This document shows positions 35,224-48,010 of a DNA stretch of 64,000 bases, one piece after another. The translations under genes were made by a program, and so were the position numbers. The notes below the pieces were generated by a model that was not told where the DNA came from, searched no databases, and worked only from the letters and a program-made list of their open reading frames with translations. This stretch comes from Glaucostegus cemiculus (taxonomy: Eukaryota): positions 372,001-436,000 of the forward strand of contig CDPCPM010000017.1 in the NCBI GenBank assembly GCA_976551045.1, in the 5' to 3' direction. How positions within the stretch are numbered: the stretch's first letter is position 1; each line of letters begins with the position of its first letter.

Positions 35224-35987
35224 AATCACCACCTCATTGTGCATGTGATGACAGAAAACTTTGGAACATTCTTTGCATGCAGAACAAGATTGAAAAAAAA
35301 TCTTTTAAAATATTTCCTTTTGATATGATTGAATTTAAATGCTAGTGGTCAGTAAATTATGTACCAAGATCACAAATATTATGCAACAGCACATTTACAC
35401 AGCAAACATAACTTCAGTGCAAAATGGTGCTAGAATTATATATTGATATTTAACTCGAGGAATGTTAAGTGTATGTGATGGTCCACAGCAACTTTGAATT
35501 GGAGGGCAGTAACACTCTTTCTTCAAAGGAATCTTACCCTAGAGTCAGGTAGTGCTCAGGATCCAGATTAAGGCAGTGCTAACTTGATGAAATCAATTCA
35601 TGCCACATAGTTATAGTGGGAATGCACTCCAGTGAGATTCACTGATATTCAGGATCACTGCAACAGTAAGGAACTGGAGAGGTCAAATTAGCTACATACA
35701 CAAAAAAAAGAATGAAAATTGCAACAACCAAGTCAGGATTTTAGTCCTGTAGCTTTGGCCTTTTGTCTAAAATTTAATTTACTTCCTAAAATAAGGCTTG
35801 ATAAGCCCTAACCATCTACAGATTAAGAAGAAAAACTCAGGAGGTTACGAGAAACAGGATAAAACCCACAACCCAATTTTTTTTACTCAACATATAACAC
35901 AGAATCAGTTATTCCTTTTTCATGTATGATGTAGATTAATTGAAAAAATGACTTTTTATATTAATGATATGATGCTATTTTCTTTTC

Positions 35988-36545
35988 AGAATCAGAATCA
36001 GAATCAGTTTTATTGTCACAACCATATACATACATAGTATGCATAGGAGCGAGATACCGTCCTCCTCAGGTGCTCGTCCCATTAAATAACAACCAACAGA
36101 GACACACATACACACTTGACAGAATAAACATTAAAAAAGAACATTAAACATTAAAAACTACGGAAGTTAAAATTAAATTAATACGCAGATTAAATTAAAA
36201 ATGGCCAGTAAATAAATACATAGTTATTAAAGTGAAAGGGCTGGTGTAGGGCATTTAAAGTGCTGGTGCATTTCTGTACACCTAGCACCTCTTAGTGTTA
36301 ACAAAGGAAGATGGAGGGATGAGAGAGTTTGCAGTTCTGATGGCTTGCGGAAAGAAGCTATTGTTCAGCCTAGTCGTTCTTGCCCTGATACATTTAAGTC
36401 TCCTCCCTGATGGCAAAATTGTGAAGAGGTGGTGGGAGGGGTGAGAAGGGTCGGCCATTATGCTTTTGGTCTTCCTCACACAACGGTCTTTGTATATGTC
36501 TGCAAGGGATGGAAGCGAGACACCTATGATCCACTCCGCAGCCCT
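35988..36545 (-). mobile_element. Young Rex1/Babar LINE 3' end
   Basis: (TGATTC)n tail; ORF 36282-36479 has the same peptide as the 17-kb copy; TTTTCTTTT on both flanks. Confidence 0.92.
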
Positions 36546-38199
36546 AACTTTTCTTTTTTTCTTTTTTCTTTTGATTAATTACTGAAGATGCATTAGTTTC
36601 CTGTGTGCTTCTTTGATCAGGGACAAATACGATTTAGCTCACAATTATGAAACTTCCAATGAACCTTGTGGGATGGTTGTGGGGTTATCAGGAATGCAAT
36701 TGAAGAAAACACATAAATTAGTCATCATCTGATTCCACAAAGTTACTGTGAAACTGCCACCTAAGATCAACAGAAGTTTCAAAATTTGCAAATGGTTCAA
36801 TTGAGAATGGTGTACAAACTTAATGAAGGGGAATTGTCATAGTTCCAGTATTTCTGGGGTGTAATTACATCTCCACTGCCACTGTTACGCATGAGCTTTC
36901 TTGAATGAAAGGGTTGTCTGTAATCTGAGTGGCTCCTTGCCAAATTGCCACATTTCCAATGGATGTAAATTGTGCATATGTTTACACTTGATATTTAAAC
37001 ATTGTAAAAAAAAAGCTTTCTTACAACTAAACAGGCATTGCAAATGTTTATTAGTTCCTTACAAAATCAAGTGAGGTCAAAAAAACTTTTTCGATTTGAG
37101 AAACAAATCTTGCTGAGGAGATCAAATTCAGGTAAATCATGTTCATCTGAATGAGATTGGATTGTGTTATTCTTGGACGAACAAACCATGAAACCTTTGG
37201 ATGTTCTTCGGAATCTTTCAATTATTTATGAATGCAAGTGATAAACTGTTAAATGTTAACATTTCTGCAAACATAGGAATTGGCCAGACCCAGGAACTGT
37301 ACATTACATCAATCTGCTAACAGGGATCCCTCTTACACATTTGAAAAATTACACTTCAGATCAGCATGTCATTAAGGCAGAAAATGAAGTGCAGAACAAG
37401 AATCCCCAAAAGCTTACATGATCGTCACAGGACTTGGTCAATTTCACTCATACATTCAGTGATATATGATAGTTGATCTATTCCCCCTACAGTACACAAC
37501 TTTCTTTACAAGGGCTAAAGGCTGCCCCAGCTCTACTCCTAGTTCGAGATTATCTTGAGCCTGAAGTTATACAGGGATGTCTGTTGCTTTCAGTGCTGTC
37601 AATTCAGAGCAAATTATTTGATGTTAATCAGAGCAGAATCACCTTACATTCTACAGCCCCTGGTTTTCCACAGCTGATGTTTATAATTGCAAGTCTGCAA
37701 CAGGCTGGTCTTGTCTCCGAGTTGTTTCCACAATCAACGTCATTTTAATGTGGATCAGTCATCCAACTCACAGTCTCCTCCCTTGAAGAACACCGGACTG
37801 ATTTTAATCTGCTTCCTATCATCTGTGGTTGTGGGTTTACTCTACGAATGTAGTTCTCAGGCTCAGGGCATCATGTAAACCTTCCCGCCACATCAAGGTG
37901 CATTTCCTAAAGAAGAACGTTGCAGTTTACAGCACTGTAAGGTGCAGCACAGCAACTCCATCTCTAAATATGACTTGTTCCTTAAGCAGAGGACCACGTC
38001 CGTTTGCATGGTCAGGTCAGGTTCCTAATACAAGAGGAATCTCAAGAAAAACACTGCATCTGATGTTTTATACCTGCACAACCTTTCCAGAAATCTGTCA
38101 CAAACCTTTCTGACAACTACTTCTTGTCCAATATGTTTTGTGATAATGTTTATTAATTTCTATAATACTTCTGTGCTTTGTGCCCCATTTTTGTTTCAT

Positions 38200-38510
38200 A
38201 AGAACATGAGAGATAGAAACAGGAGCGGCCATTCAATCTCTTGTGCCTCTTCTCCCATTCAATAAGATTATGCCTTATCTTTTACTTCAGCACCATTTTC
38301 CTGCACTATCCCTCATCCCTTGATTCAAAAATCTCAGTTTCTATCTCAGTAACTTTGTCTCAATTACTATCTGAGTGGAATATTCCTAAGCTTCACAATG
38401 TTCTCATTTCTGTCATAAGTATCCAACTTGTTATTCTGAGACTGTGACTCTTGGTTCTGAACTCATCTTCTGCCCTGTCAAAGCCCTTAAAAATTATGTA
38501 CATTTCAATG
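38200..38510 (-). mobile_element. Old CR1 3' end
   Basis: cataagaac..aggagcggccattcaa..ccattcaataagatta tail. Confidence 0.65.
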
Positions 38511-39169
38511 AGAAAAATGCACAAAATTATTACAGGACTTGACATTATCTCAGAGTGATTAAGGAGTTGCATTTTTCTCTGTTCTGATAAACAGATTTGT
38601 CCTAAAGCTAAACTCTCCTTTCTTCCCAGATCTTGCCCAACCTGCTGAGTATCTCCAACAATGACTAATATTTAAGGACATACAGTGAATTGTTTCATGG
38701 AATTGTGCAGACATTGGAAAAGATGCCTTGCATGGCAATTGTGGCTAAATCCATAATGCCTGTTATCCATTTTCATTAATAAAGAAAATAAGTGAAAGAT
38801 GGAAAGTGATAGCCTCTTTTTGTTATTTGTAGAAGAGTTTGTAATGTGTTCAGAAGTCTGTGTTAAGGTGTCTTCTGTTTTCCTTTCATATAAATCATTT
38901 GGACACAAACATAAGATACAAGTGTTTTTAATTGGTGCCAAATGTTGGGACACATCAAGATGTGGGTCAAATTTCTGGAAACTGCTGGACAACCGTTGAT
39001 TAAATTGATAGCTGTTGGATGTCATTTGAAGCAGAGAAATGTGAAGTTGTATGTCTTTCTTTAAAAAAAAATAGAAAATACTTGCCTAGAAATTCAATTC
39101 CATAATGTTTGTTTGTATTCAACACTATGGAAGTGAAGTATGATAGTAGCCATTTCTGGCTCACCAAGT

Positions 39170-39510
39170 CACACGGCACAGAAACAGGAACTTTGGCCCA
39201 AGTGGTCCATACTGACCATCAAGTACCCATTTGCACTAATCCTACACTATTCTCATTTTATTCCCCCTAAACTTTCATCAACTCGCCCAGATTCTACCAC
39301 TCACCTATACACTAAGGGCAAGTTACAGTGCCCAATTCACTGACCAACCTGCATGATTTTGGGATGTTGGGGGAAATTGGAGCACCCAGAGGAAATCCAT
39401 GCAGTAACTGGGAGAACACACAAATTCCACACAGTCAGCATCAGAGGTCAAGGTTCAATGTGGTTCACTGAAGCCGTGAGGCAGCAACTCTACTAGCTGT
39501 GCCACTGAGG
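39170..39510 (-). mobile_element. V-SINE (decayed)
   Basis: ggagcacccagaggaaatccatgcag..caaattccacacag..gtgaggcagcaactctactagctgtgcca. Confidence 0.75.
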
Positions 39511-40069
39511 TACCTTGGGTCATTTCACATCACTCGTTGTGGAACTATTTGCCCTTGTGCTCTTGTGGAAATTCAACTTCTGGGCTCCATGAAATGATAT
39601 CATTTCCTTATGCAACAATTGCTTGTAGCACATTGACCTGGGGGTAAGGTCTCATTATCAGAACAGAATACCTGCTAGGTAAGTAAATTACTTACCAACA
39701 TCCCTTGGACACTGAATCAGCTCCCACAACATCCTCTATCTACCCCTTCCACTGACGTGCTATCAGTCCCAATCTCTGCCACATCCCCAACATGTGCCAA
39801 TCTGTCCTTCCACTAATCCCTCCATAAATGCCAATATCTTCCCCCAACGCCCACTCCCTTTCTCAAGTCCATCCTTCTCCCAATCCTTCCACAAATATCC
39901 TGCTCCCAAAACCCACCAATCCTCCATCTCATCGTCACTTACTACAGCACATGGCCAGTAAGGTTTCTGAGTCCAATCTGAAGAAAGTGCCAGATAAGAC
40001 ATGGCCAAAAATTTGTCACAGCTGATGTCTTGTGGCCAGATACTTGGGCCTCAAGCAAAACAGGTTATA

Positions 40070-40965
40070 AAATCGTAGAGTCATATAGCACAAAAACAGG
40101 CCTTCAATCCATCACGCCCATGCCAACTCACAAGTACCTATCTACACTAACCCATTTTACCAACACATGGTCAATACCTCCCAATGCCATGAAGATGCAA
40201 GTGTTTGCCTAGATACTTCTTAAATGTTGTGAGAGTACCTGCATCTACCTCTCATTCAGGTTGTGTGTTCCAGATTCCAATATCTACCTGGGTGGAAAAG
40301 ATATCCTATAAACTTTTTAACCTGAATCTGTGCCCTCAAGTTTTAGGTGCCTGTGCTGTGGGGAAAAGTTTCCCTCTATCTACCCTATATATACACCTCA
40401 TAATGTTATATACCTCAATCAGGCAACACCACCCAACCCCCTCATCCTTCAGCTTCTTCCACTTCAAGAAAAACAAACCAATCTTATCCAGTCTATCTTC
40501 ATAACTGAAACGTTCCACCCCAGGCAACATCCTGAATCCCCTTCAGTAGAATCACATCCTTCCTATCGTGTGGTAACCAGAATGTATTCCATACTCCAGC
40601 TGTGACTGAACCAATGTTTCTCAAACAGTACCATAACCTCCCTGCTTTTATATTCTGTGCTCCAGTTAATGAAAGCAAATATCGTGTGTGCATTCTTCAC
40701 CACATTCCCTACCTATGCTGCCACCTTCAGGTATCCTAGGACTTGTACACCAATATCCCCCTGTTCCTTAATACTCCTGAGGTCTTCCCGTTTATTGTGC
40801 ACACCCTACCCTTATTAACTTTCCCAATGTGCATCACACTGCACTTATTAGGATTACATAACATCTGCCATTGGTCTACCCATCTTTCTGACTGATCCAT
40901 TTCATCCTGCAGCTTATGATTTTCCTCCTCACTATCAACAACACTACCAATTTTCTTGTCATCTT
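40070..40965 (-). mobile_element. CR1 LINE 3' fragment
   Basis: ORFs 40336-40530 and 40736-41008 (KIGSVVDSEE..WQMLCNPNKCSVMH). Confidence 0.85.
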
Positions 40966-41009
40966 TTTCAGTTATCAGGCTCAGTGATGGCCCTGCTCTC
41001 ACACACACC

Positions 41010-41245
41010 CAATCAGCTCCCCTTTAATTCTTCCTGCCATTAAGTTACACTAAGGATAATTAACAGGAGCCAGTTAACCTACTATCACATCTCTAGAATG
41101 TGGGAGAAAACTGGAGCACCCAGTGGAAACTCATTCAGTCATGGAAAGAATGTGTAAACTCCACACTGACAGCACCCAAGGTCAGGATCGAACCGGGTCC
41201 CTAGCGCTGTGAGGTAGCAGCACTAATTGCTCACCATTGTCCACG
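41010..41245 (-). mobile_element. V-SINE
   Basis: aatgtgggagaaaactggagcaccc..ggatcgaaccgggtc..gctgtgaggtagcagcacta. Confidence 0.75.
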
Positions 41246-41279
41246 CCTAAATGATAAGATTTTTTGCAGTAAGGTAGCA

Positions 41280-41830
41280 GAGATCTTTATGTTATAGATA
41301 CATTAGAACTACCAAAATAGATCTGGTGTACACTGGATTCTTGCCTTTAACACAGGGTTATAAAATAAAAAAAAGTTTTAATGTCAATTTGTATGCACAT
41401 TGATTGGGATTGTTAGTATAACACGTTGTTCTGGGAACTCCATTATAGGAAAGCTGATAAACTCTTAACACCTAGCAAAGAGTATGTAAAGCATTGAGAG
41501 CTGTGAAGAAAGGCTCAAAAATAGAGATGTGTTTGTAGAAAAAGAAAAGATTAAGTGCAGCTTAACAGAGCTGTTCTGAATTATGAAAAATTTTGATCAG
41601 ATAATGGATGAAAGACTGATTCTGCCGGCGAGTGAAAAGGAACAAGACAGCAAATATTTAAATTCTTAATGGAGGAATGAAAGCCCAAGTTAAAGTTGGC
41701 TACGACATGTCAGACCAAAAAATACAAAAGGAAATCACATAGAGGCAAGGAATGGGATCAGAGTAGATAGCTTCAGTAGAAGAGTTTACACTATCAATGA
41801 ACCAAATAGTCTGCTCTTGTGGAATTTATA
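41280..41830 (+). mobile_element. Very old CR1 fragment
   Basis: Decayed ctggattcttgcctttaacacaggg and ccattataggaaag motifs. Confidence 0.5.
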
Positions 41831-43219
41831 TGATTTTACTATCTACCTTGTCCATCACTCAGTTGAACTACCACCTTGGCTCCAGGACAAGCTATTGGCT
41901 GAAGTTAGAGACACAATAGCAAGTTTATCCCAGTGTCAGTACCAAACCAGCATCTGCAAAGCAGATGTGATGGAGTACCACCAGGTGAGCATAGTTCCCT
42001 CTGTGCATTTGACTAGAAAATTTCATTTCAGTTTGTTTACAGTTATTTGAGAAAAAGAAGAAGCAGCGTTGTGTTTACAATGGTAATATTAGTGTAAATG
42101 TACTTAAAGCAAATCTAAATATGTATATGAGAAAGAAAGAAATAGGTTTTATGGATAGGGTTAAATGCAGAGAAATTAGATGAGGTTTATTTGGAGCATA
42201 AACAGAAGCATAGACAATTGGGATGAATGACCTGTGCCTGTGCATAAATTCTATTCAATGCAAACTCAAGTCAAGTGCTTTAAAGTTTAATGCATTCATT
42301 TAAGATGGATTTCTACAACCTTCTATTATTGGGCACAGGTGGAATAGCCAACATATCTTTTAGAATGTGCCCAAGACAATGGGCTTAATGGTGATTGTTG
42401 GAAACACAGTGTATGCCTTTTAAAACTAGAAGAGGATTATATGAAAATATCCATATCTTTATCCTTTCCTATGGGTTGTAGAATTGCTTTCATTTGAAGC
42501 CACTACCTTCTGTTTATCATCAGTTTTGTGATTTTATTTCTGCAAAGACAAATTATAAATAAAATTTCTTTTCTGGAATGAATTATTAAGACACATGACA
42601 AAATAAATGTATCAATCTAGCCACCAGCAATTTACATGTTGCAAACATTAGTCTTTCTTGTTGAATACAGAAAAAACATATTGCAAAAATTAATACTGGC
42701 AATCTGTGTAAATATTAAGCTCCAGTTACCACAATGTAAATTTTTAGGCTGGAAAAGGCAAATTTGTGTCCATAAATAATGGTGTGTAAAACTGCTTGAG
42801 GTTAGTTTAAAGGCACTCCATTTACAAATGTTTATTCAGGATGCTTCCTCAAGGGGTATTTAATGGAATTCCTGACTATGTACTAAAATGCAGAAAGATA
42901 ATGTTTTTGAGGCAAGTCAAACACTGAATTAAAATAGGTTTTAAAACCTTTTATGCCGCCAGGATTAAACAGTGAATTTCATTTCTTCATGATGCAATAA
43001 TTTAGTGGAATATTACAGATAGACAAGAGTACACAATGAGAAAAGATAGGACCCTTGGCTAAGTGGAGAAGTAAAGGAAAATCTCTTGGTTGTACCAAAC
43101 TTTAAATCTATTGCTTAAATTTGATTTGGAACAATCAATTGATCTGATCCTTATGAGTGATGGGTCTCTTGTATGCATGGGAACATAATGGCACTCCCAT
43201 TCGATGAAGGACCTGGAGA

Positions 43220-45220
43220 AGACAGTAAAAGTTCAGAGTCAGCATGTCCTGAAAGGTAAGGAGCAAAGTTGTAAGATTAGGGAAATTTGGTTAACAAAAG
43301 AAATTGGAGGTTTGATCAGAAACAAGAAGGGAGCATATGTCAAATGTAGACATTTGGTATCGAGTGAGTCCTTTGAGGCTTATAAGGGCTGTAGGTGAAA
43401 AGTAAGAAATTAGGAGGGGCAAAAAGGGGCTATGAAATTAACTTGGTAAGTAGGACGAAGGAGAATCCTAAAACACTTTATAAGTATAATTGAAGCAAGA
43501 AAGTAGGTAAAGAAGGAATAGATCCCCGCAGGGAGCAGAGGGATAATTTATATGTGAAGTCAGGGGCTATGAACAAGATCCTTAATGATCCTCATTATTC
43601 ACCAGGGAGAAGGACGAGGGGCTGGAGAGTTAAGGGAAGAGGTACATTGATACTCTGGAACATGTCTGTGTTAGGATGGAGGAAGTGTTAGAGATATTGG
43701 CACACATCAATTCCTAGGGCCTGATGGGATCTATTCCAGGTTGCTATGGGAAGCAGGGAAAGGAGATTGCTGGGGCTCTAATGGGGATTTTTGCATCTTT
43801 GCTAGTGACAGGTGAGGTACCAGAAGACTGGAGGATAGCTGGTGTCGTTCCCTTATTCGAAAAGGGCAGTAGGGATAAGCAAGGAAACTACAGGCAGCGA
43901 CCCTTCCATCAGTAGCAGAGAAATTATTGGAACAAATTCCAAGGGATAGGATTTATGTTTAGTTGGAAAGGCGGGGAGTGATTAGGAGTCAGCATGGTTT
44001 TGTGTGGGGAAAATCCTGCCTCATAAATCTGATTGGGATTTTTGGGGAAGTAACTAAGAAACGTGTTGAAGGCAGGGCAGTAGATCTAGCTTCTATGGAC
44101 CATAGCAAGGCCTTTGACTAAGTCCCACACAGTAGGCTGGTCTGGAAAGCTAGGGAACTTGGAATATAAGATGTGTTAGCAAACTGGATCCAAAATTGAC
44201 TTGGTGGAAGGAGGGAAAGGGTCATGGTTGAAGAGTGTTTTCTGACAGGAATTCTGTAACCAGTGGCATTCCACAGGGATTGGTGCTGGGATCTTTGTTA
44301 TTTGTTTTCTACGACTTGGATAAGAATGTGAATGATTAGTCTTGACAACACAAAAATTGGTGGAGTAATAGATGGCAGAAAAGGTTGTGAAAGGATACAG
44401 GTGGGCATAGATCAGTTGGAAAGTTGGGTAACAGATGGAATTTAACCCAGACAAGGGTGAGGTAATGCACTTTAGGACATTAAATACTAAAAGGACATGT
44501 ATAGTAAATAATAGGCACATCGAAAGTGTTGATGTACAGAGGGACTTTGGAGTTCAAGTTCATAGCTCCCTGAAGATGGTGACACAGGTGGCTAGGGTTG
44601 TGAAAAAGGCATTCAGCACACTTGTCTCTTAGGCTGAGGCTTTGTGTATAAAAGTTCTGATGTCAGAATGCAGCACAATGCAAACATTGGCCAAGCCACA
44701 CTTGAAGTATTGTGTACAGTTCTGGTTACCATACTACAGGAAGGATGTTGCAGTATTAGAAAGAGTGCAGAAGAGATTCACCGACCTGGGATGGTGGGCT
44801 TTACTTATGAGGAGTGATTGGATAGGCTGGGTTTATTCTCACTTAAATGTTAGATGCTGAGGGGTGACCTATTAAATATTTATAAAATTATGAGGGGCAT
44901 AAATAGAGTAGAGAATCAGAATATTTCTCCTGGGGTAGGGGAGTCTAAAACTAGAGGGCATCGGCATAAGGTGAGAGTGCAGAAATTTAAAGAGATCTGA
45001 GAGGAAGGTTTTTCACACAGAGGGTGGTGTTTATATGGAATGAGCTACCAAAGGAAGTGGTAGAGGCAGGTACAATTACAATGCTTGAGTGGCATTTTGA
45101 CAGATACTTGGATAGGAAAGGAGTAGAGGGATATGGGCCCAATGTGGGCAAATGGAATTAGTGTAGATAGGCCACGTGATCAGCATAGTCAAGTTCGGCC
45201 AATGGGACTGTTTCCATGCC
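43220..45220 (+). mobile_element. CR1 LINE ORF2 (RT domain to 3' end), pseudogenised
   Basis: TGEVPEDWRIAGVVPLFEKG..GNYR; SQHGF..KSCL; MEFNPDKGEVMHF; [10 protein letters not shown]; CR1 tail. Confidence 0.92.
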
Positions 45221-47104
45221 TGGAAGAATTAAGAAGTGTGTTTAGTTGACATTGTATGGATATCTAATACTCTGAGACTTGGGATTGTTCCCATCAAGTA
45301 GATGGAAGTTTTGCCTGGTGCCATTATGCTGAAAGGGCAGTGAGGCCAAAATGAAAAAATATCAATTCATTTACTTGGTTTTGGTGTTAAACTGGTTTCT
45401 AAATGGGATCACGGAATATATGGCTACCTGTACACTGGAGGGATGGTTTCAGATTTTCAAATGAACATTGCAATATGGACTTGACTTCTTGTATCCAATT
45501 CTTTGAGAATGATTTAGTGAAATGAATCATTTGCAGCCGACTGCTGTCAAACATTATTCCTGCCCCTGTAAATTAATCCACTTTCCTGTGACAATATTGC
45601 TATTGAGTAGGAAAGATTTATGGAAGTAATCAAGAATCTGCTCATGACAGTCCCCACTCAGCTGAGTGAATTGTATTTTGCACACAGGTTTGATAAAGAC
45701 ATCCTCTCAGAGCACTTCTTTGAAAACGTGAGCTATCCTTTAACCCATAATTCCTCCCTTATCAGTTCAATTGATTTTCAACTCACATATTGTAGCCAGG
45801 AACCGCTCCACAGAAATAAACCCTCTTGCATATTCCTATCACTGAACTAAAAAACACACTGAAACTCCACCAGAATTATAGAGAATATAATTTTACATTT
45901 TCCCCTACTCTTCAGTTCTTACTTCTTTACCCTTTTTGCTTATTTTTTTAATTCAGTCTAATGAGATCTTCTAACACTTTCATTTACTTTGGGAAGGTAA
46001 CTCTTTGTTGAAATCTGTGCAGAAACACAGGCATAAATCAGACTGAGCAAAAAAATTAGATGATATCAGAGGAAAGTTGCCAAGTACAAGAAACTGAAGC
46101 AAAATCTTTCAATATAACAGTTTGCTAAAACCTGCTAATATGTCATCAATGAACAATTGTGCAGCAACATAAAAGTTCAAAAAGACATTAAAAGTGATTT
46201 CTAAATCCAAGCATTAGTGAGGAGAGTGAGGGTAATGAGCTGAGAGTAGCAAACAGTCTGACCAGTGGCATAATGGCCATTGCTGGGAATCCAAGTGGTT
46301 GGATCAGCAGGGCAGAGAACATTGAAACACAAATGTGAAACTTCTTTCTTTCATACCAAATGTATTTGTGATATTCCTAACTGAAGAACCAATGATTAAA
46401 TTTAGCACAGGAGGAAATAAACGGCAATGGAATTTCACACGGTGCCACTGCAACAGTAGCACATCCCAGTCAGATCAAACTGCACCCACCTCTTCAATTC
46501 AAAGTTAAAGCCTCGCTTGCCACTTTAAATTAGGTCACGTTATTCAGTTACCACTCTCTCAGTTACTACCTCCACGAACCATCTCCAGCTGACTCAGTCA
46601 ATACCAACACTCTGAAAGGCCAACAGAGACCTCAGTTGTAAAAAAAAAGTTTACAGTTTTAACCAGCTGCTGATGATTTAATAGCACTGTGAACCCAAGC
46701 ATCAGGGGCTTGTATTTTTCTCATTATGATGAGCCTGTATGGTAGCAGACAGCACATTGTGACTCAACCCATCCAATTCCACCACCACCCCAGCTCATTT
46801 TCCATGGGCTTTGTGAGAACATTATTCTTCCAGGGCAGGCTTCTTGATAGATTGACAGAGACTGAGGCTCATACAGATAGCTGCAAGGCCAACGGGCAAA
46901 TGTGAATTAAAGCAGGCGCTTTCCCACAACTTACAGATGTGGGTGACTACACCATCCCTACCACCTGCCTGGTGTGCCCATTGCCCAAGTACCAGAAAGA
47001 GAACTGAAAGGACAGAATGGGAATTCATGCTTTGCATCACATTGGCATTTAAATGTAGTCAATGAGGAGGGAGTGTCTGCTTGAGGTCCCAGCAGAAGTA
47101 GAAA

Positions 47105-47625
47105 TGGTTTATTGGTTTATTATTATTGTTGTCACATGTACTGAGGTACAGTGAAAAACTTGTCTTGCGTACTGTTCATACAGATCAATTCATTGCACAG
47201 TGCATTGAGGTAGTACAAGGTTAAACAATAACAGAACGCAGAATAAAGTGTAACCGCTACAGAGAAATTGCATTGCAGATAGACAATAAGGTGCAAGGTC
47301 ATAACGAGGTAGATTATGAGGTTAAGAGTCCATATTATCGCACCAGGAGCCATTCAATAGTCTTATAGAATAGAATAGGGATAGAAGCTGTCCTTGAGCC
47401 TGGTGGTATGTGCTTTCAGGCTTTTGTATCTTCTGCCAGATGGGAGAAGGGAGAAGAGAGAATGTCCAGGGTGGGTGGGGTCTTTGATTATGTTGGCTGT
47501 TTTACTGAGGTAGTGAGAAGTGTAGACAGAGTCCACGGATGGGAGGCTGGTTTCCATGATGTGCTGAGCTGTGTCCACAACTCTGCAGTTTCTTGCAGTC
47601 ACAGGCAAAACACTTGCCATACCAA
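47105..47625 (-). mobile_element. Rex1/Babar LINE 3' fragment
   Basis: ORF 47363-47620 RVVDTAQHIMETSLPS..DPTHPGHSLFSLLPSGRRY..RLKDSFYP. Confidence 0.88.
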
Positions 47626-47719
47626 TGATAAATCCAGGTTAGGTCAGGCCCACTGCCACATTTTCCATCGTTCCCACCATTATACTGCCTGATTTCAGCT
47701 GTTTCTAATGTAGAAAAAT

Positions 47720-48010
47720 CCAAGCCTGATTATTTCACAAGGACCAGGAGCCACAGACTTAAAGTTTTGGGGAAAAGATACAGAAAGGATGTCAGGAAAA
47801 TCTTTCCCATACAGAATGTAATTATGATCCCGAGCTCATAATTAGCAGTTAGAGTCAATCAGAGCTTTCAAAAGGGAATTAGAGAGCCACTTGAAAGAAA
47901 ATAATTCACAGGACTACAGAGACAGATCAGAGAAATAGTTTCGATGGGATTGCTCCAGTACATACTCACTGGACCAAATACCTCCTTCTGTATCATGAGG
48001 ATTCTATCAA
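47720..48010 (+). mobile_element. Old CR1 tail
   Basis: accaggagccacagacttaaagtt..gctttcaaaagggaattag. Confidence 0.55.

Noticed and set aside
37473-37748. 91-aa ORF in unique DNA
   Set aside because: Non-ATG start, no recognisable domain and no convincing donor; the length is within chance.
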